Numbered from the whole stretch's first letter, positions 26,094-39,252 are shown. The stretch is DNA of 63,703 nucleotides, filler included, from Atractiella rhizophila (GCA_021432655.1; 4 parts of 3 records of this genome joined end to end with filler, not necessarily neighbours in it); one strand, 5' to 3'. The notes: generated by a model from the sequence alone, not told the origin. Translations and numbers: made by a program.

Positions 26094-27985
26094 TCATTCA
26101 GGATCCGGCGAGGGAGAAGGAGATCTAGCATTCTTGTTCTTGTGTCGCTTCTTCCCCTTCGTGGATTGAGGCTGCGCCGTATTCCAAGCTGGGACGCCAA
26201 TTGAAATGGTAGTCGACGACGTGTTCATTTCATATAAGTTGGGGGGAAGTCCTGGGTTCGTCTTCGGCGTATTTGGCTCCTCATCTTGCGTCTTTTCCTC
26301 CTTCATGTTAGGTCTGCGATGTGCGATCGACGGTAACTTGTTCTGTTGAGCCAGAGTCGTCAGCGTCTGTTCCTCCAGCTTGAAATCGTCGTAATCGTCC
26401 AACTCCAAATCTTGGGTCGGATCAGTGTTCCATGCCGTAAGATCTTCCAATGACTCGTCGCTCAGCATCGTAGCCAAAGTCGAGGGACTATTGCCGTACA
26501 CGACCTTGGGAGACGCTTTCGTACCAGACCCCAATGGTCTCGCCTGCACCTCGTCCTCCAAACTCTCGGCAAAGACGGCTTCATCCTCATCGAACGAGAC
26601 TGACGTCGGCACCCAACCGGCCGATGTCTGCCTATATCCCTTTCTGAATCGCCCAATCTCTCTTCGCACCGTTTTCAGTCCATCATTCATGCTCCCGGGA
26701 GAGACAATCTGCAGCGAATCCTTCCAGCTGCCTGATTTTCCTGGGTATCCGTTCGGGAATGTTGGAGTGAGAGAAGATGGAGAGCTCGACATCTTCATTT
26801 GATCAGCATCGAGGACCGTGTGCATCGCAGACCTTATCGGCTCCCCAAACTCCGGCGTTGACCCTGAAGAAGACAATCGTACTTCTTTCCTGACTTCTGC
26901 TTTGACAAGCTCATCCTCCTCATTCCCAGTTGGAATACTGAGCGGCATCTGAAGGGTGAAACGATCAGGAAGACGGTAGAAGTCGAATTGGTAAGAGAGG
27001 TATACGGTCCTTGGCAGAATGTGATTTGATCGACTGAACGTCTGCAATTCTGCTTGGGCGATCCATCGCCTCTGATCGAGCTTTCTTCCATACTCCACAC
27101 CTCTCTCCCAATCCAATTGACCGTCCACTTCCTCTTCCGGCTCAATGGCAAGCGACCACACCGCTCTTCTTTCTCTCGCAACGACAAGCTGTTCCTCTCC
27201 CTCTGCTCCGCTCACGCTAGCTCTGTCTCGGCTCATAAGCTTCGATAATCCCGACACCGCGCTCTCAGCGAGTTTCGCGCCTTTATCCACAACTCCGACT
27301 TGTGGATTGAGATATTGTCGAGCAACGAGGTAGAGGCGATGAAGGTGCAATTGTGAAGTAGAGGGTGAAAAGAGGAGAACCTCCTGGAAGGCTGGCGTGA
27401 GAGAGGGNNNNNNNNNNNNNNNNNNNNNNNNNNNNNNNNNNNNNNNNNNNNTTAATTAATTAANNNNNNNNNNNNNNNNNNNNNNNNNNNNNNNNNNNNN
27501 NNNNNNNGCGTAAGCGAGGAAGCGGCCTCCTTTCCCGAGAGCAAAAGTAGGTGCGCCATCCAGGCCGGGAGAAAGGGCGGAGATGGAGGGTTCGTGCACT
27601 CGTTCCAAGGAAGAGGCGTGGTAGATATGAAGTGAGGTAGGAGATGACGTGGCGATGACAACAAAGCGAGAATTTGCTTGAATGGATGATACGCGTGCGG
27701 GGAGGGAGAGGGAATGGACGACCCGTTGCGTGCTGAAGCAGCAGAAGCGTACTTTTCCTCCGCTGGATATTGCAAGCAGAGGGCGGTAAGATGAGTACGC
27801 GTCCTTCAACGTTTGCGGTCTGGGCAACAGGACGGCATCCGTCACTTCGTTATCGTCGACGGTGGCACTTGCGCCAGAAGCGATACGGAGACCTCCCACC
27901 CCTTTACTCGTGTTGGGAGAACCTGGGCCATTAAGAAGAGAGGAAAGTTTGATTGTGGAGAAGAGAGTGATCTCTTCCAAGTCAC
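26094..27985 (-). CDS. BCAS3: BCAS3-like WD40/autophagy protein, partial (broken by gaps)
   Basis: Propeller-like strands (RVSSIQANSRFVVIATS..PTFALGKGGRFLAY) and the C-terminal motif WIAQAELQTFSRS..LPRTVYLSYQFDF. Confidence 0.6.
27408..27507. other. Assembly gap with artificial six-frame-stop linker
   Basis: N44-TTAATTAATTAA-N44. Confidence 0.97.
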
Positions 27986-28915
27986 NNNNNNNNNNNNNNN
28001 NNNNNNNNNNNNNNNNNNNNNNNNNNNNNNNNNNNNNNNNNNNNNNNNNNNNNNNNNNNNNNNNNNNNNNNNNNNNNNNNNNNNNNNNNNNNNNNNNNNN
28101 NNNNNNNNNNNNNNNNNNNNNNNNNNNNNNNNNNNNNNNNNNNNNNNNNNNNNNNNNNNNNNNNNNNNNNNNNNNNNNNNNNNNNNNNNNNNNNNNNNNN
28201 NNNNNNNNNNNNNNNNNNNNNNNNNNNNNNNNNNNNNNNNNNNNNNNNNNNNNNNNNNNNNNNNNNNNNNNNNNNNNNNNNNNNNNNNNNNNNNNNNNNN
28301 NNNNNNNNNNNNNNNNNNNNNNNNNNNNNNNNNNNNNNNNNNNNNNNNNNNNNNNNNNNNNNNNNNNNNNNNNNNNNNNNNNNNNNNNNNNNNNNNNNNN
28401 NNNNNNNNNNNNNNNNNNNNNNNNNNNNNNNNNNNNNNNNNNNNNNNNNNNNNNNNNNNNNNNNNNNNNNNNNNNNNNNNNNNNNNNNNNNNNNNNNNNN
28501 NNNNNNNNNNNNNNNNNNNNNNNNNNNNNNNNNNNNNNNNNNNNNNNNNNNNNNNNNNNNNNNNNNNNNNNNNNNNNNNNNNNNNNNNNNNNNNNNNNNN
28601 NNNNNNNNNNNNNNNNNNNNNNNNNNNNNNNNNNNNNNNNNNNNNNNNNNNNNNNNNNNNNNNNNNNNNNNNNNNNNNNNNNNNNNNNNNNNNNNNNNNN
28701 NNNNNNNNNNNNNNNNNNNNNNNNNNNNNNNNNNNNNNNNNNNNNNNNNNNNNNNNNNNNNNNNNNNNNNNNNNNNNNNNNNNNNNNNNNNNNNNNNNNN
28801 NNNNNNNNNNNNNNNNNNNNNNNNNNNNNNNNNNNNNNNNNNNNNNNNNNNNNNNNNNNNNNNNNNNNNNNNNNNNNNNNNNNNNNNNNNNNNNNNNNNN
28901 NNNNNNNNNNNNNNN
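27986..28915. other. Assembly gap (930 N)
   Basis: Run of N. Confidence 0.99.
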
Positions 28916-29411
28916 CATTCTTGTGCCTCAGAGTCGATCCCTGCTGATTATCGTGCGGATTTCGGAGAGGAAGAATTGAAGAGAGTAATCGAAATCACTA
29001 CTGTTGGTTTGTTAGAGGTGCAGGACGAGATCAAACTGGTCCGGCAGAAGTTGGGGGAAGAGGAGGATGGGAAGACAATGGACGAGCTCATCGGTAGAAT
29101 CGAGGAGTTGGAACAGAATAAACTCAGTGAGGTGAGCAAGTTTTGTCTCCCTTCAATCAAAAATATGAACACGAAATGCAGATTGTGCAGCGGGATCAGA
29201 TGAGAAAGATAGTCTCATTATTACAAGATGGCGAGTCGACGGAAGAGGGGAACCCTTCGCAAGCAGTCCGAGAGAGCAACGAGCGGTAATATTTTGGCTC
29301 CGTGTGTGTCTCAGCTGACGAATGGACAGAATACATGGGCTGGTGGAGAAGATCAATGAGCTCCTTGAAGAGATTCGGGAAGAGGTTGCAGAACTGAGCA
29401 TCAAATCCTAG
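28916..29411 (+). CDS. 3' part of a small helical protein, DNA-repair REX1-B-like
   Basis: RVIEITTVGLLEVQDEIKLVRQKL..LIGRIEELEQNKL/..LVEKINELLEEIREEVAEL, with two short introns. The 5' end lies in the gap. Confidence 0.45.
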
Positions 29412-29763
29412 TTGAATATTCGAATGAACGATATGGCATCCTTTTATCGTTCCTTGTATGGTATTCGAGCCAGTTTTTCGATTTTGAAAAGGAAAATCCA
29501 AAAATGAAATAAGTCACGTCCCCTGCTGAGTTTAGATTTGGTAATGCTTATTGAAGTGTCTTTCATCAGGGGCCGAAGAAGATAGATGCTGGTGTGAATG
29601 TGAATATGTGGAGGGAGTCTCCGATTACCCCTGCAACTATACCACAGGAATGTCTACTCACCGAATCCGGAGGGGACAACTCGCTGCCCGAACGCGGTTA
29701 TGGTGGTTGCCATAAAATGCGGTTGGAGGAGGCAGAGGAGCAGTAAAGCAAAAAACCTTCAAT

Positions 29764-31118
29764 ATGGCGGCAATGTTCAAAAGCTTTGCATCTGTTCTTA
29801 GGCTTATGAAGGCGAAGTGGACGGACCTTCCCCCGTCGCACGCGAATTTGACTGGAAGAATAGCTATTGTTATTGGAGCGAATATCGGCATTGGCTACGA
29901 AACCGCGTTAGGATTCTTAAAAAGTGAATTTCTTGTCTGATTCTGATAACGATTGTGGCTGAAGCGATTGAATAGTGAATCCTCAACGCCTCATCCTCGC
30001 CGTGAGGAGCGTAGAGAAGGGCAACGAAGCTGCGTCAAAAATGAGAGAACTTGTTCCAGATTCCAGGACTCAAATTGACGTCTGGGAGCTCGATCTTGCC
30101 CGCTTCGACAGTGTCAAATCGTTTATTGGCAAAGTCAATGCAGAATTACCTAGGCTTGATATCCTGGGTGAGTTTTTCTCTCGCCTCAAAGCAAAATCTG
30201 AGGTGCCTTTAGTGGAGAATGCTGCTGTCGCTTTTTTTGATAGAAGGCTCACAGCTGATGGTCATGAAATCATGTCCCAAGTCAACGTCTTGTGGGCATC
30301 TTTGTCATGCCGAGCTGAAGACATTCCTCACAGAGTCGCGCAGGTCGATGGCGGCAATTGCTCTCAGCCTTTTACCCAAGTTAAACATGACATCAAAACT
30401 ACCCACGCCTTCTAATGGCCAGGCTTTCAAGCCGCGTTTAGTAGGAGTAGTAGGAGGTGAGATTTTTCATTCTCTAAAATAAATCATTGATCCCATGAAT
30501 GAAGCTTTTCCTGATGCGTTCGGAGAACGCGAACAACCAAGCATTTTGCAAGCGCTTGACGACGACAAGGTATTTCAAAAGTATGGCATTGGAGGTGCCA
30601 GATATCCAACAACGAAGCTACTAGACTTGTTCTTGGTGAGAGAAGTCGCAAAGCTTCCGCAAGCACAGAATATACTAGTATCTGCAGCTCAACCAGGTTC
30701 GTACCCAACTTCCATCAGCACTAACAATGACCATCTGGGGAAAGGATTCACGTATTCTGGCTTGAGGAGATCTGCACCTGCAGCCGCAACAATTCCTCTT
30801 TGGTCATACTCCAGATTTTTCTCCAGAGCAAGTGCTGACCTGCACTCGTAGGATTTTTGAGACTCTTGCTGCTCGAACGACTGAGCAAGGTGCAAGGAAC
30901 ATCCTCTGGGCAGCAATCAATGACCAGTATAAGAGCGGAGATTACATTTCTGAGTGTGCTGTGGCTCCCAAGTAAGCAGCTCCTATGGTTTCAGAGTATA
31001 TATCTGATTCGAAGTCAACAGCCCTCCAGTAGCCACTTCTGTGGACGGTCAACAGGACCAAGCGAGATTTTGGAATGAGCTATTACCCTATTTACGAGAG
31101 GAGGGATTCCGGTTTTGA
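29764..31118 (+). CDS. SDR, retinol dehydrogenase/WWOX-like
   Basis: NLTGRIAIVIGANIGIGYETA, LILAVRS, VWELDLARFDSVKSF, LDILVENAA, RYPTTKLLD. Confidence 0.9.
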
Positions 31119-31947
31119 CTTCCATTTCCTAGCGACTTTTCACCCCTGCTACACTAGCGAAAGGTGAACTTCGAAAGAATCTCGGTCATGGGTTATAAGA
31201 AGTGATATATGATACGCAATTCATGGTACTTCCAAATCTGCATTTATCTCTGAGTTGAACGTTATATTCCTCAATTGAGACTTTCAGACAACAACGGCAC
31301 GACAAAACAAGCTCATAACAAAAGTGGTTCCTCCTTCACAGCCTTGACAAGTGGCAAATAAAATGGACGGACTGTTTCTGCTTGCGTCGCAGCACCACAG
31401 TTGAGCTAATGACTAGAAACTTCTGATGCTCCCGGAAATCTTTGAATAGATCCTTCACACCACTACGTGAACCTGGTGTGTAGAGAATTTTTATGTTGCC
31501 TCAGTTTTCGGTGCTTTATCGTTGTCAGGGGGAACAAAACTGAACGTGCTGCGATCGATTTAAAATTTGAAAACGAAACTTTCGTCTACTGTGTTCCTTG
31601 TTTTTGCGCAGCAAACTAACATGCTTGTGCAGCTTCAGCTTGGTTGACATCTTTGTTGAAAGTACAAGAGCACCCAATCCTCGTGGTTCTGACAAACATT
31701 ATTTAGCCGGTGTTGGGTGGGTTGGATGATCTGACTTCCGCTCCGATGCCTTGAATGCCTTAGGCTTGAAGCTAGCCAAATCCAATTTCTGCACCTTCTA
31801 CATTCGACTGGGCAAGTGACTGAGCGTTATCATAATTTTATGGAGGAAACCCGTTTCAGAGAAGCTATAGGCTAGAATGAACTGGATAGTCTCAAGTTCT
31901 ATGGTTCGGTTTCAATGTTCACTTGGACGATGAAAGCAGGCGTTTCT

Positions 31948-33292
31948 TCAATTATTTAACCCATTGCAAATATCTCCAAACTGGAAGCCTTCAGACCGAA
32001 GAATAGTGACCAGCTCCTCAAAAACTTTCTTCTGGGCTTTGGCACCGTCCACAGAAGTAACAAACGTTGACGGCCGCTGTACTTTGCACATGTTGATGTA
32101 GCTGCCTGTCTCGAAATCCTCGACGGATCCCCATACGACATTTCTGGCCCCCATCTCTGTCGATCGCGCCGCAAGAGCTTTCATCCCACTGCATCTCCTT
32201 CAGTCAGAACTAGTTTCTACAAGCTGACGAAAAAGTTGCACTCGAATATGACTTTCATTAAGAAGAGTGTGTTAGACCTTCCCCTATTATCAGCAGAGCA
32301 CAATTTGTCGAAGAGGCATGGCAACCTGGATTCGGACTCGAAACAATAATCCCATTGGCTTGCGGAAGCTTCGCCAATTCTCTAGTGAAAAGGACATCCA
32401 GTAGCTTTGACGTCCAATATCTTTGATGTGCAACAAATGTTTCTTCATTGATTGCTCTGAGAATATTGGGCTTGTTTCTTTGTTCAAATTTCGGTAATTC
32501 ATGGGCTATCACAATGAGTGTGTCAACATGCAATCATTAGAGAGGACGATGAATGCTTACTATCACTAGAAACAATGGCCAGGTGCGGCCTGAACTCTTC
32601 ACCGCCGACGGGCACCGGAAGGGCGGCAGTGGCATGGAGCCTTGAGAGCAGACAGAGCGCAACAGCTGCATTCGAACTGACCTGCATCAGGCGCTTATTG
32701 ACTCAAAAGACAATGCTATCATACATAACATTGACTTGAAGTCTGTTCATGGTTAATTGTCACTTGCAAGAAATCAGAATCAACCGCCTACATCGACTCC
32801 CACCCATCACCGGTAACTACTTTGTCACCGACTTTACCAGCATTCCCCACTGCAAGCTTCCACTTTAGCGTATAGGCACGTGAATGACATGATGGGAAAC
32901 GATAACAAACCTAAGATGTCAAGTCTATCCAAATGTGTATTCGCTCTCGTAACAAATGCTTTGACGCTGTCGAAGCTTTCTAGGTCAAGTTTCCAAACTT
33001 CCATATTGGTACTCGTGTCCTTCACAAGATCTTTGAGCTTCAGAACAGCCTCTGTCCCCTTTTGCTCGTCCCTCACGGCTAGGATCAGTCGCTTAGGCTT
33101 CACTGCACTTAAAATTAGCCGCATAAAATCTTTATTGAAGAGTAACGACCTACTTCGAAGCAGAGCCAAGGTCGTCTCGAATCCAATACCTGTGTTGGCA
33201 CCAGTAATAATTGCTGTCCTTCCCGTCAAGTTGCGAGAGGCCAGCGGCACTGGTGTGTGCTTTTCAATGATGAGTCTCACAAACATCACCAT
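31948..33292 (-). CDS. SDR, retinol dehydrogenase/WWOX-like (paralog of 29764-31118)
   Basis: NLTGRTAIITGANTGIGFETT, LILAVRD, VWKLDLESFDSVKAF, RYWTSKLLD, ARSTEMGARNVVW. Confidence 0.9.
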
Positions 33293-33879
33293 GGCAGATT
33301 ATTCAATTGCTGGTCCATCTGTCCCATCGTCCACCTTTTACCTCTGGACCAAACTGATAGAGTGATGCTGCGGCTGACCGTCCATTCCGTGCCTGTCGTC
33401 CACGTCCATCTAACGGCAGAGACTCCAAAGAAAACTAGTGATTGGCATGAAAGAGGAGCTTTCATCATGCTTCTGGAAATGCTATCCATTACTTTCTGTT
33501 GGTTGTACGAGAGTGTCGCCAAGCAAACTCGTAACATGACACGGGATACCTAATAGGGTGGCTAAACATCTCTCGATTACTACTGCCTGTGCCTCGTTAT
33601 ATCCCGTCGAGCTCAAGCGAAATGTCTTTTATCATGTCCGATGTCAGGAAACGGTGGAAACAAACAGAAAGTGCAAAGCACAAACTCTTCATGTTGGACT
33701 GGTGCTGATAAGGCGGCTTCGACGTGCTCTCAAAGAAGACACGCTTGGCTTGATACTTGCCAAACCGACAGGGACATATATAGACATAGCTCGCTAGCAA
33801 AGCAATACGAACTGATGTCTCTGTGACCTCTGATCATCCGCGATTCAGCTTTTCGCTTCAAACCTCACAATTACATCTT

Positions 33880-34410
33880 TGCATTGGCAGGTATTACAAT
33901 GCTAGGAATCGAGAATCCCACACAAGAGAAGCACAGAGTGGCACATCAACAGTAGTAGGCACAAGCTTATGAACCTTAGGTATCAACTGCAGCTCTTTAC
34001 AAAAGCAGGGTCTGCAACCCAAGCGTTGCATCAACCTCTTGCCTATCAACAGAAAAGACGCACAAAAGCTTAAATCACCGTCCCTCCTTTCTGCAATAAA
34101 TTTGCGCACCACAATAGTAAGCGGGACGCTCTCTTTCAGTTCCTCCATGCTCTTCAATCGATCCATGAGCCCGTTCAAGCGCGTCATTTCCTCACTATCT
34201 GCCAAACAAGTTTCGGGTAACACATCCTCCACACATTCCTCTAGCTCTTTAGCTGAAGTCGGACGCGGCACAGCGCTTTGAAGGCGCTGCCAACCAAGCC
34301 GCCTGATATAACTATAGTAGTGTTATAACTATAGTAGTGTTATGGAGACGGCGGGATTAGACGAAGACTAAGGAGGACGGGCAGCAGAGGTGGGAATCCA
34401 CGGGATACAT
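33880..34410 (-). pseudogene. Decayed inverted copy of the orphan gene at 40026-40543
   Basis: KELEECVEDVLPETCLADSEEMTRLNGLMDRLKSMEELKESVPLTIV versus KELEKCVEDVSLEACLADSEEMARLNGFMDRLKSMEKLKESVPLSIV. It shares the intron position and carries deletions, frameshifts and a stop. Confidence 0.8.
34307..34343. repeat. 17-bp tandem repeat (TATAACTATAGTAGTGT x2 plus TAT)
   Basis: Read directly. Confidence 0.9.
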
Positions 34411-34766
34411 CCCTTTTGGATGACTGATCGGATTCGAAACGAGAAGGCATTTCAAACTTTGGACAACATGAGGTAAATACTTCTCTTGAGCGCTGAGCCC
34501 AGCCAGCAGAAGAAAGTAGTGACAGCCACGTTGAAACAATGTGAAGAATGTGATCATTGCATACTGTAACATCGAGAAGACATCTGTGTTGAGCGGTTGC
34601 AGCATCCGGTTGAGGGATGAAAATGGTTGTACACTTGAGTTGCGACACTTCTTGCTGATGTTGAAAAGAGCGAGGACCGTGTTGAGCGGTCTCCATACTT
34701 GTGAATGTTGAGATGCACCGAATCTATATACGATGTTGAATCTGATTTTGAACCAGTTCTTCGAAT

Positions 34767-35950
34767 TTACTGCTTCCAGTAATCGTATCTGTACCAAACT
34801 TTGACTGAGCTTTGAAGAAGCGAAAGGAATGTACGCACTTGCGATAGAACGTCTCGCTATCCATCTTCCCCTCCACATCTGTGCTTTCAATTGCACCTCG
34901 TCTCCTGAATCCGGGCCGGCCCTCACTCTCATATCTCTTCCTCCTTTCCTCATCCTCTGCAAGCCATCTCAAAGCAGCTTCATAAAGTCTGTCCCCTCCC
35001 CCGCCTTGCGATCCCCATTCGATCGTTCCGTCCACATTTTCGCCCAAGACCAACCTGAAGACATGGGTAGGGAAGCTGTCGAGACTAGGATCGAAGATAT
35101 GAGTGGCGTAGACCACGGTAGCATTCCTCTGGACGGTTTCTTGATACAGAAAGCTGATCAAACGGGATCGAACTAGGACATCGAGATCGACAGTGACTTC
35201 GTCAAGGAGGAGGATGGACCAAGGAGCCATGAGGCCGGCAACGATTTGAACACGTCGTCTTTCGCCATCGGAAACTTGATGCATGTGCCATTCGACGTCG
35301 ACGTCGAGAATAGAGAGCAGAAGGTCGCGTCGAGATTTGTGACGATAGCCGCCAATCGAGTTCCTGTACGTGCGAGGGATGAGCTTTATGGACCATGGTA
35401 ATTGGCTGAGGCACTGCAGAGGGGATGGCTGACGACACCATCCTCTTCCAGCGTTGTGTAATTATATCAAACAAAAGGACAGACTGAACAGAAAAGGCAC
35501 AAAAGTGAAGGCACAGAAGTCGCAATGAAGGGGAGACCACTCACAGAAAATCCTCCACCTTCAAATCGGACCTCACGACCGGGTTGCTCGCCCACTCCGT
35601 CCCCAGATAGATCAATCCTGGAGGGGTATTGAAAAAGACTTGATTTCCCAGGACGTTCGCTTTTTCGTAATCCTTCAGCATCTTCTTCCCGGCCAGGATC
35701 TGGAGAAGGGTGCTTTTGCCTAACAATTGCGATCAGCCCATCCGTCGTCAGCATATGATCGATCATGCACGAAAAATGATAAGAAAGGAGTGAGTGACTA
35801 ACCTGCTCCGTTAGCACCGACGAGGATGCAGCGCGATCCCTGAGGGAGAGAGAGGGAAATGTTCTGAAGGAGAGGTCGGGCCAGAGAGGGTAAGGCGTAT
35901 GTCAGGTTGGAAATTTCTATCGCCAGAGGGAGTTCTTCCTGAGCTGACAT
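34767..35950 (-). CDS. CAF16: CAF16-like soluble ABC ATPase (CCR4-NOT associated)
   Basis: SRCILVGANGA/GKSTLLQILAGK, YLGTEWASNPVVRSD, WHMHQVSDGERRRVQI, LLDEVTVDLDVLVR, YATHIFD. Confidence 0.93.
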
Positions 35951-36142
35951 TTTTACAGTAAAATCTCAGAAAAGAAATAATATATTCTCGATGAAACAGT
36001 AGAAAAAAGCAGAGATCGTCGGGTGAGGAAAATTGAAATTGCAAAATGAAAGACAATGCAAACTGATGATAGTTGTTGCCATCTGATGAGTTGGCAACAA
36101 GAAAGAGACAAATAAAGCAAGCGTCAAGCGCTCTCGCACAAG

Positions 36143-38015
36143 ATGCCTCTTGCTTCAGCAATCCCTACGCTCCCGCGCTCGCTCGCTTTCTTGCACGACG
36201 CCGAAGTGCAAGCGTCGCACAAGCCACGGCTCTCCCCCAGCGGCCAGGTTTCGTGGTTTGCGGATGCATTGCACATCAAGGGCAGCGCTTTGAAACGGAT
36301 GTCCGTAATACCCCCAATTTTGACTTGACCATGTCCTATCGAGCAATGCTGACATTTAGTGGTTGGGGACAGATGGTCTGCCGTCCTGGTCATCACTATT
36401 TGGGCGACATTGATTGCTGTGGGCGAGAATACCCTCAATGAAGACTGGGTGTGTTCCAATTAATTTCCTCTCTTCGCCATCTCCTACGTTTGTATGCGAA
36501 AACTAAATGGTTGGGGGAGGTCAGAACCTGACGAATTCGGTGGTGCCGCTCCTCTCCGTCGTAGTTGGACTGCTCCTCGTCTTCAGGAACTCTACTGCCT
36601 ACAACCGATGGGACGATGGTACGCGTATTCTTCCGTTCCAAAGTATTAGTGCTGATACAGCGACGGAATAGGACGCAAATTCACCTCTTCACTAAGCTCC
36701 ACCGTGCGCTCCGTCTCCCGTATGATATGGGTGAACGTCTCTTTGACACACCCACGCTCTTCTGGAGACGAAAAGAAGACGTTGAGCGAAGAAGAGAAGG
36801 ACGAGGAGAGGGCATTTAAGAAGAGGACTATTAGGTTACTAGTCGCCTTTGTCGTCGCGGTGAAACACCACGTGAGGGGTGAGTTTGGTCTGGACTGGGA
36901 GGATTTGAAGAGTGTCTTACCCCCGAAGTACGCTGACCTTTTCCCCTCCTCTAATGAAATGGGGAACCTGATCGATTCTGAAAAGGTTTGAGAAAGTCTA
37001 TGGAACGACTGGGTATGGATACGGTGCTGCCGACGCGGATCATCATGAACATCATCACCGTCCCCGCTCACCAGGTCCAAAAAGCCCACGCCTTCAACCA
37101 CGATCCGTCGCCAACGGCGCAGGTTTGTGTTCCCTTCTTGCATCTTCCACTTCACAACCGAGCCAATGATGACCAATGTGTGGACAGATCTGGAATCCTC
37201 CCCTTTATTAGGGGACGACGGTCCGGTCATCCTCCACAACTACCTGACCAGGCCTTCCCTTCCTTTACCGTTGATTATCTCCCACGTTATTGGGTTACAT
37301 TTCCAAGAGATGAGGAATAGGGGATGGACGGAGAGCCTCGGGCCCGCTGGGTACAATAATCTGATGTGAGACTATACCTTTCCATTAAAAGTTAGATTTT
37401 TGACCATATTTCGGAGGTAGAACGAACTTGAATTCTATGACGGATATCTTTGGTAGTATGGAACGACTTGTCACGATGGGAATCCCTACAGTGTATGGGA
37501 TCCACTTGTACGTTCAAATATCGCCTGTCTCACCTCTCCGATTAATGACACTGCCAAAAAGGAAACAATGTGTTACGCTTTATTTACTCGCTCTTCCATT
37601 CACGCTAGTTGAAGGTGCGTATTCTCATTCGTCCTTCTTTAGGTTAACCGGAAGTTTGTTGATGGCTGACGATCTGCAACGTGTGAGCGTAGAGATGTCG
37701 TGGAGTATGATTCCTTTCATCGCATTGGTCGCACATCTACTTCTAGGGATCGAAGGAATCGCGAGTGAAATCGAGATGGTATCTTCTTCATGCCACTAGA
37801 CTTTATAACCAGGCTCACTGCGTTTGTCTCGATAGCCGTTTGGTAACGACGACTCGGATCTTCCGCTCGACCTGGTCTGTGCCGAGCTCAGGAACGAAGG
37901 TAAACTGTTTTCTGAACCTCTAACATAGTGTACAGCGGCTGAGAGTTGATGAATAGTTGAACATTTGATGGCACGGTTGCCGGAGAGGTGGGAGGATATC
38001 ACCAGTTTGGATTGA
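36143..38015 (+). CDS. Bestrophin/UPF0187 (YneE-like) anion channel
   Basis: SWFADALHIKGS, VVGLLLVFRNSTAYNRW, FVVAVKHHVRGE, MERLVTMGIPTVYGIHL, LLGIEGIASEIEMPFGNDDSDLPLD. Confidence 0.92.
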
Positions 38016-38605
38016 GAAGTTCAAGTTACAACATCTTCATTTTCATTATTGGTTTTAGTGTTCCTCTTTGGTTCAATGCTCATTTCTTGCATGGAGAGAG
38101 AAAAGGCCACAGAGCTCAGTCTCAAATTCTACCACAATATTCTTCCCAGTTGTTGGAATTCACGAGGATTTCAAAAGCAAGACATTACTGCAGATGTAGA
38201 TAGTCTCGAATTAGCAATCCACGGCGTTAACACGAACCTACGCCTACGCCTCATCTTTTCCTTAGCAAATTGATCACACATTGGACGTCTATGATTTCGA
38301 ACGGTGGATCGTTTTACCCTGAATGGCGGCACTATATTCCGAGCAAAACAGCTTGGAACCTGCAGCTGTCATCCGAGGCGTAACGAAACTCTGCCGTGGT
38401 CAGAGTATTGGCAATCATTCGATATCCTAAGTAGCTTTCGACATGTAAGTATCAACCTGCTGCTAGTTCACTCTAAACTCCTAATAGAATAGAAAGTGGG
38501 ACGAATGAGGCTGACTCTAACAAGTAACTATCACCTCGGTCATAGTATGTGTAGGCTGCTTCTCCTCGTACGACCCAGAAAGAAAGAAAGAACGTCGAAA
38601 TCGAA

Positions 38606-39252
38606 ATGGAAGCAAAAAGTTTGAGTGGAAAAGAGAGATACGGTGAAGTGGTACATCATCGAATCAATTTCTTCACCACAGATCAGATGGTTGATTATGA
38701 ATAGATTACTTCAGGGAAAATTATTTTTCTGGACTTTTGTACGTCCACCGCATCAGGTTCTCATCCCATTAAATGATAAACATGCAGGGGCAACTTGGTC
38801 TGTCCTCCATCCCGCAAAACTCAAAATACTCTGAAGCCCAGCGATGGCGGTTAGGTGTCAGCCATGGTCTTTAGTCCTTTTACTCCATATATGGAACACG
38901 TCTGCTAATCATCTGAACGTGTAGTAACACCATGTCGCCCATGTTTGAAGATGCGGTCGCCAGCTTCGCAGGTTCTTCCCAATATGCAGAATTCTATAAG
39001 GTGAATATTGAAGAAGAGAAGGAGATAGCGAGCGAAGCGCAGATTACTGCATTGCCGACTTTTGCTGTGTAGTTCGTCGCTCGTTCTACCACCTTCACGC
39101 GGAGTTATGAATACAGTGACATCAGCAAAGATGGCTTCAAACTTGGTGCAATGGCAACCGGAAAGCCGGTGAAAATGAAGGCATTTCTCGACTGGCAGAC
39201 GCTCGCTTTGGAGGGGTATTTGAAGCGGGTTGGTAATGCAAAGGACTCATAG
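38606..39252 (+). CDS. Thioredoxin-like protein with WCQPC active site; micro-exons; 3' end uncertain
   Basis: Spliced reading MEAKSLSGKERYGEV/ITSGKIIFLDFWATWCQPCNTMSPMFE..FYKVNIEEEKEIASEAQITALPTF..KDG. Confidence 0.85.

Noticed and set aside
27452..27463. Palindromic TTAATTAATTAA recurring at 27452, 56681 and 61237
   Set aside because: Always centred in N44 flanks; a scaffolding linker with stops in all six frames, not biology.
27813..28979. Long ORFs of 358-388 aa in the ORF track
   Set aside because: Made almost entirely of N-derived X residues.
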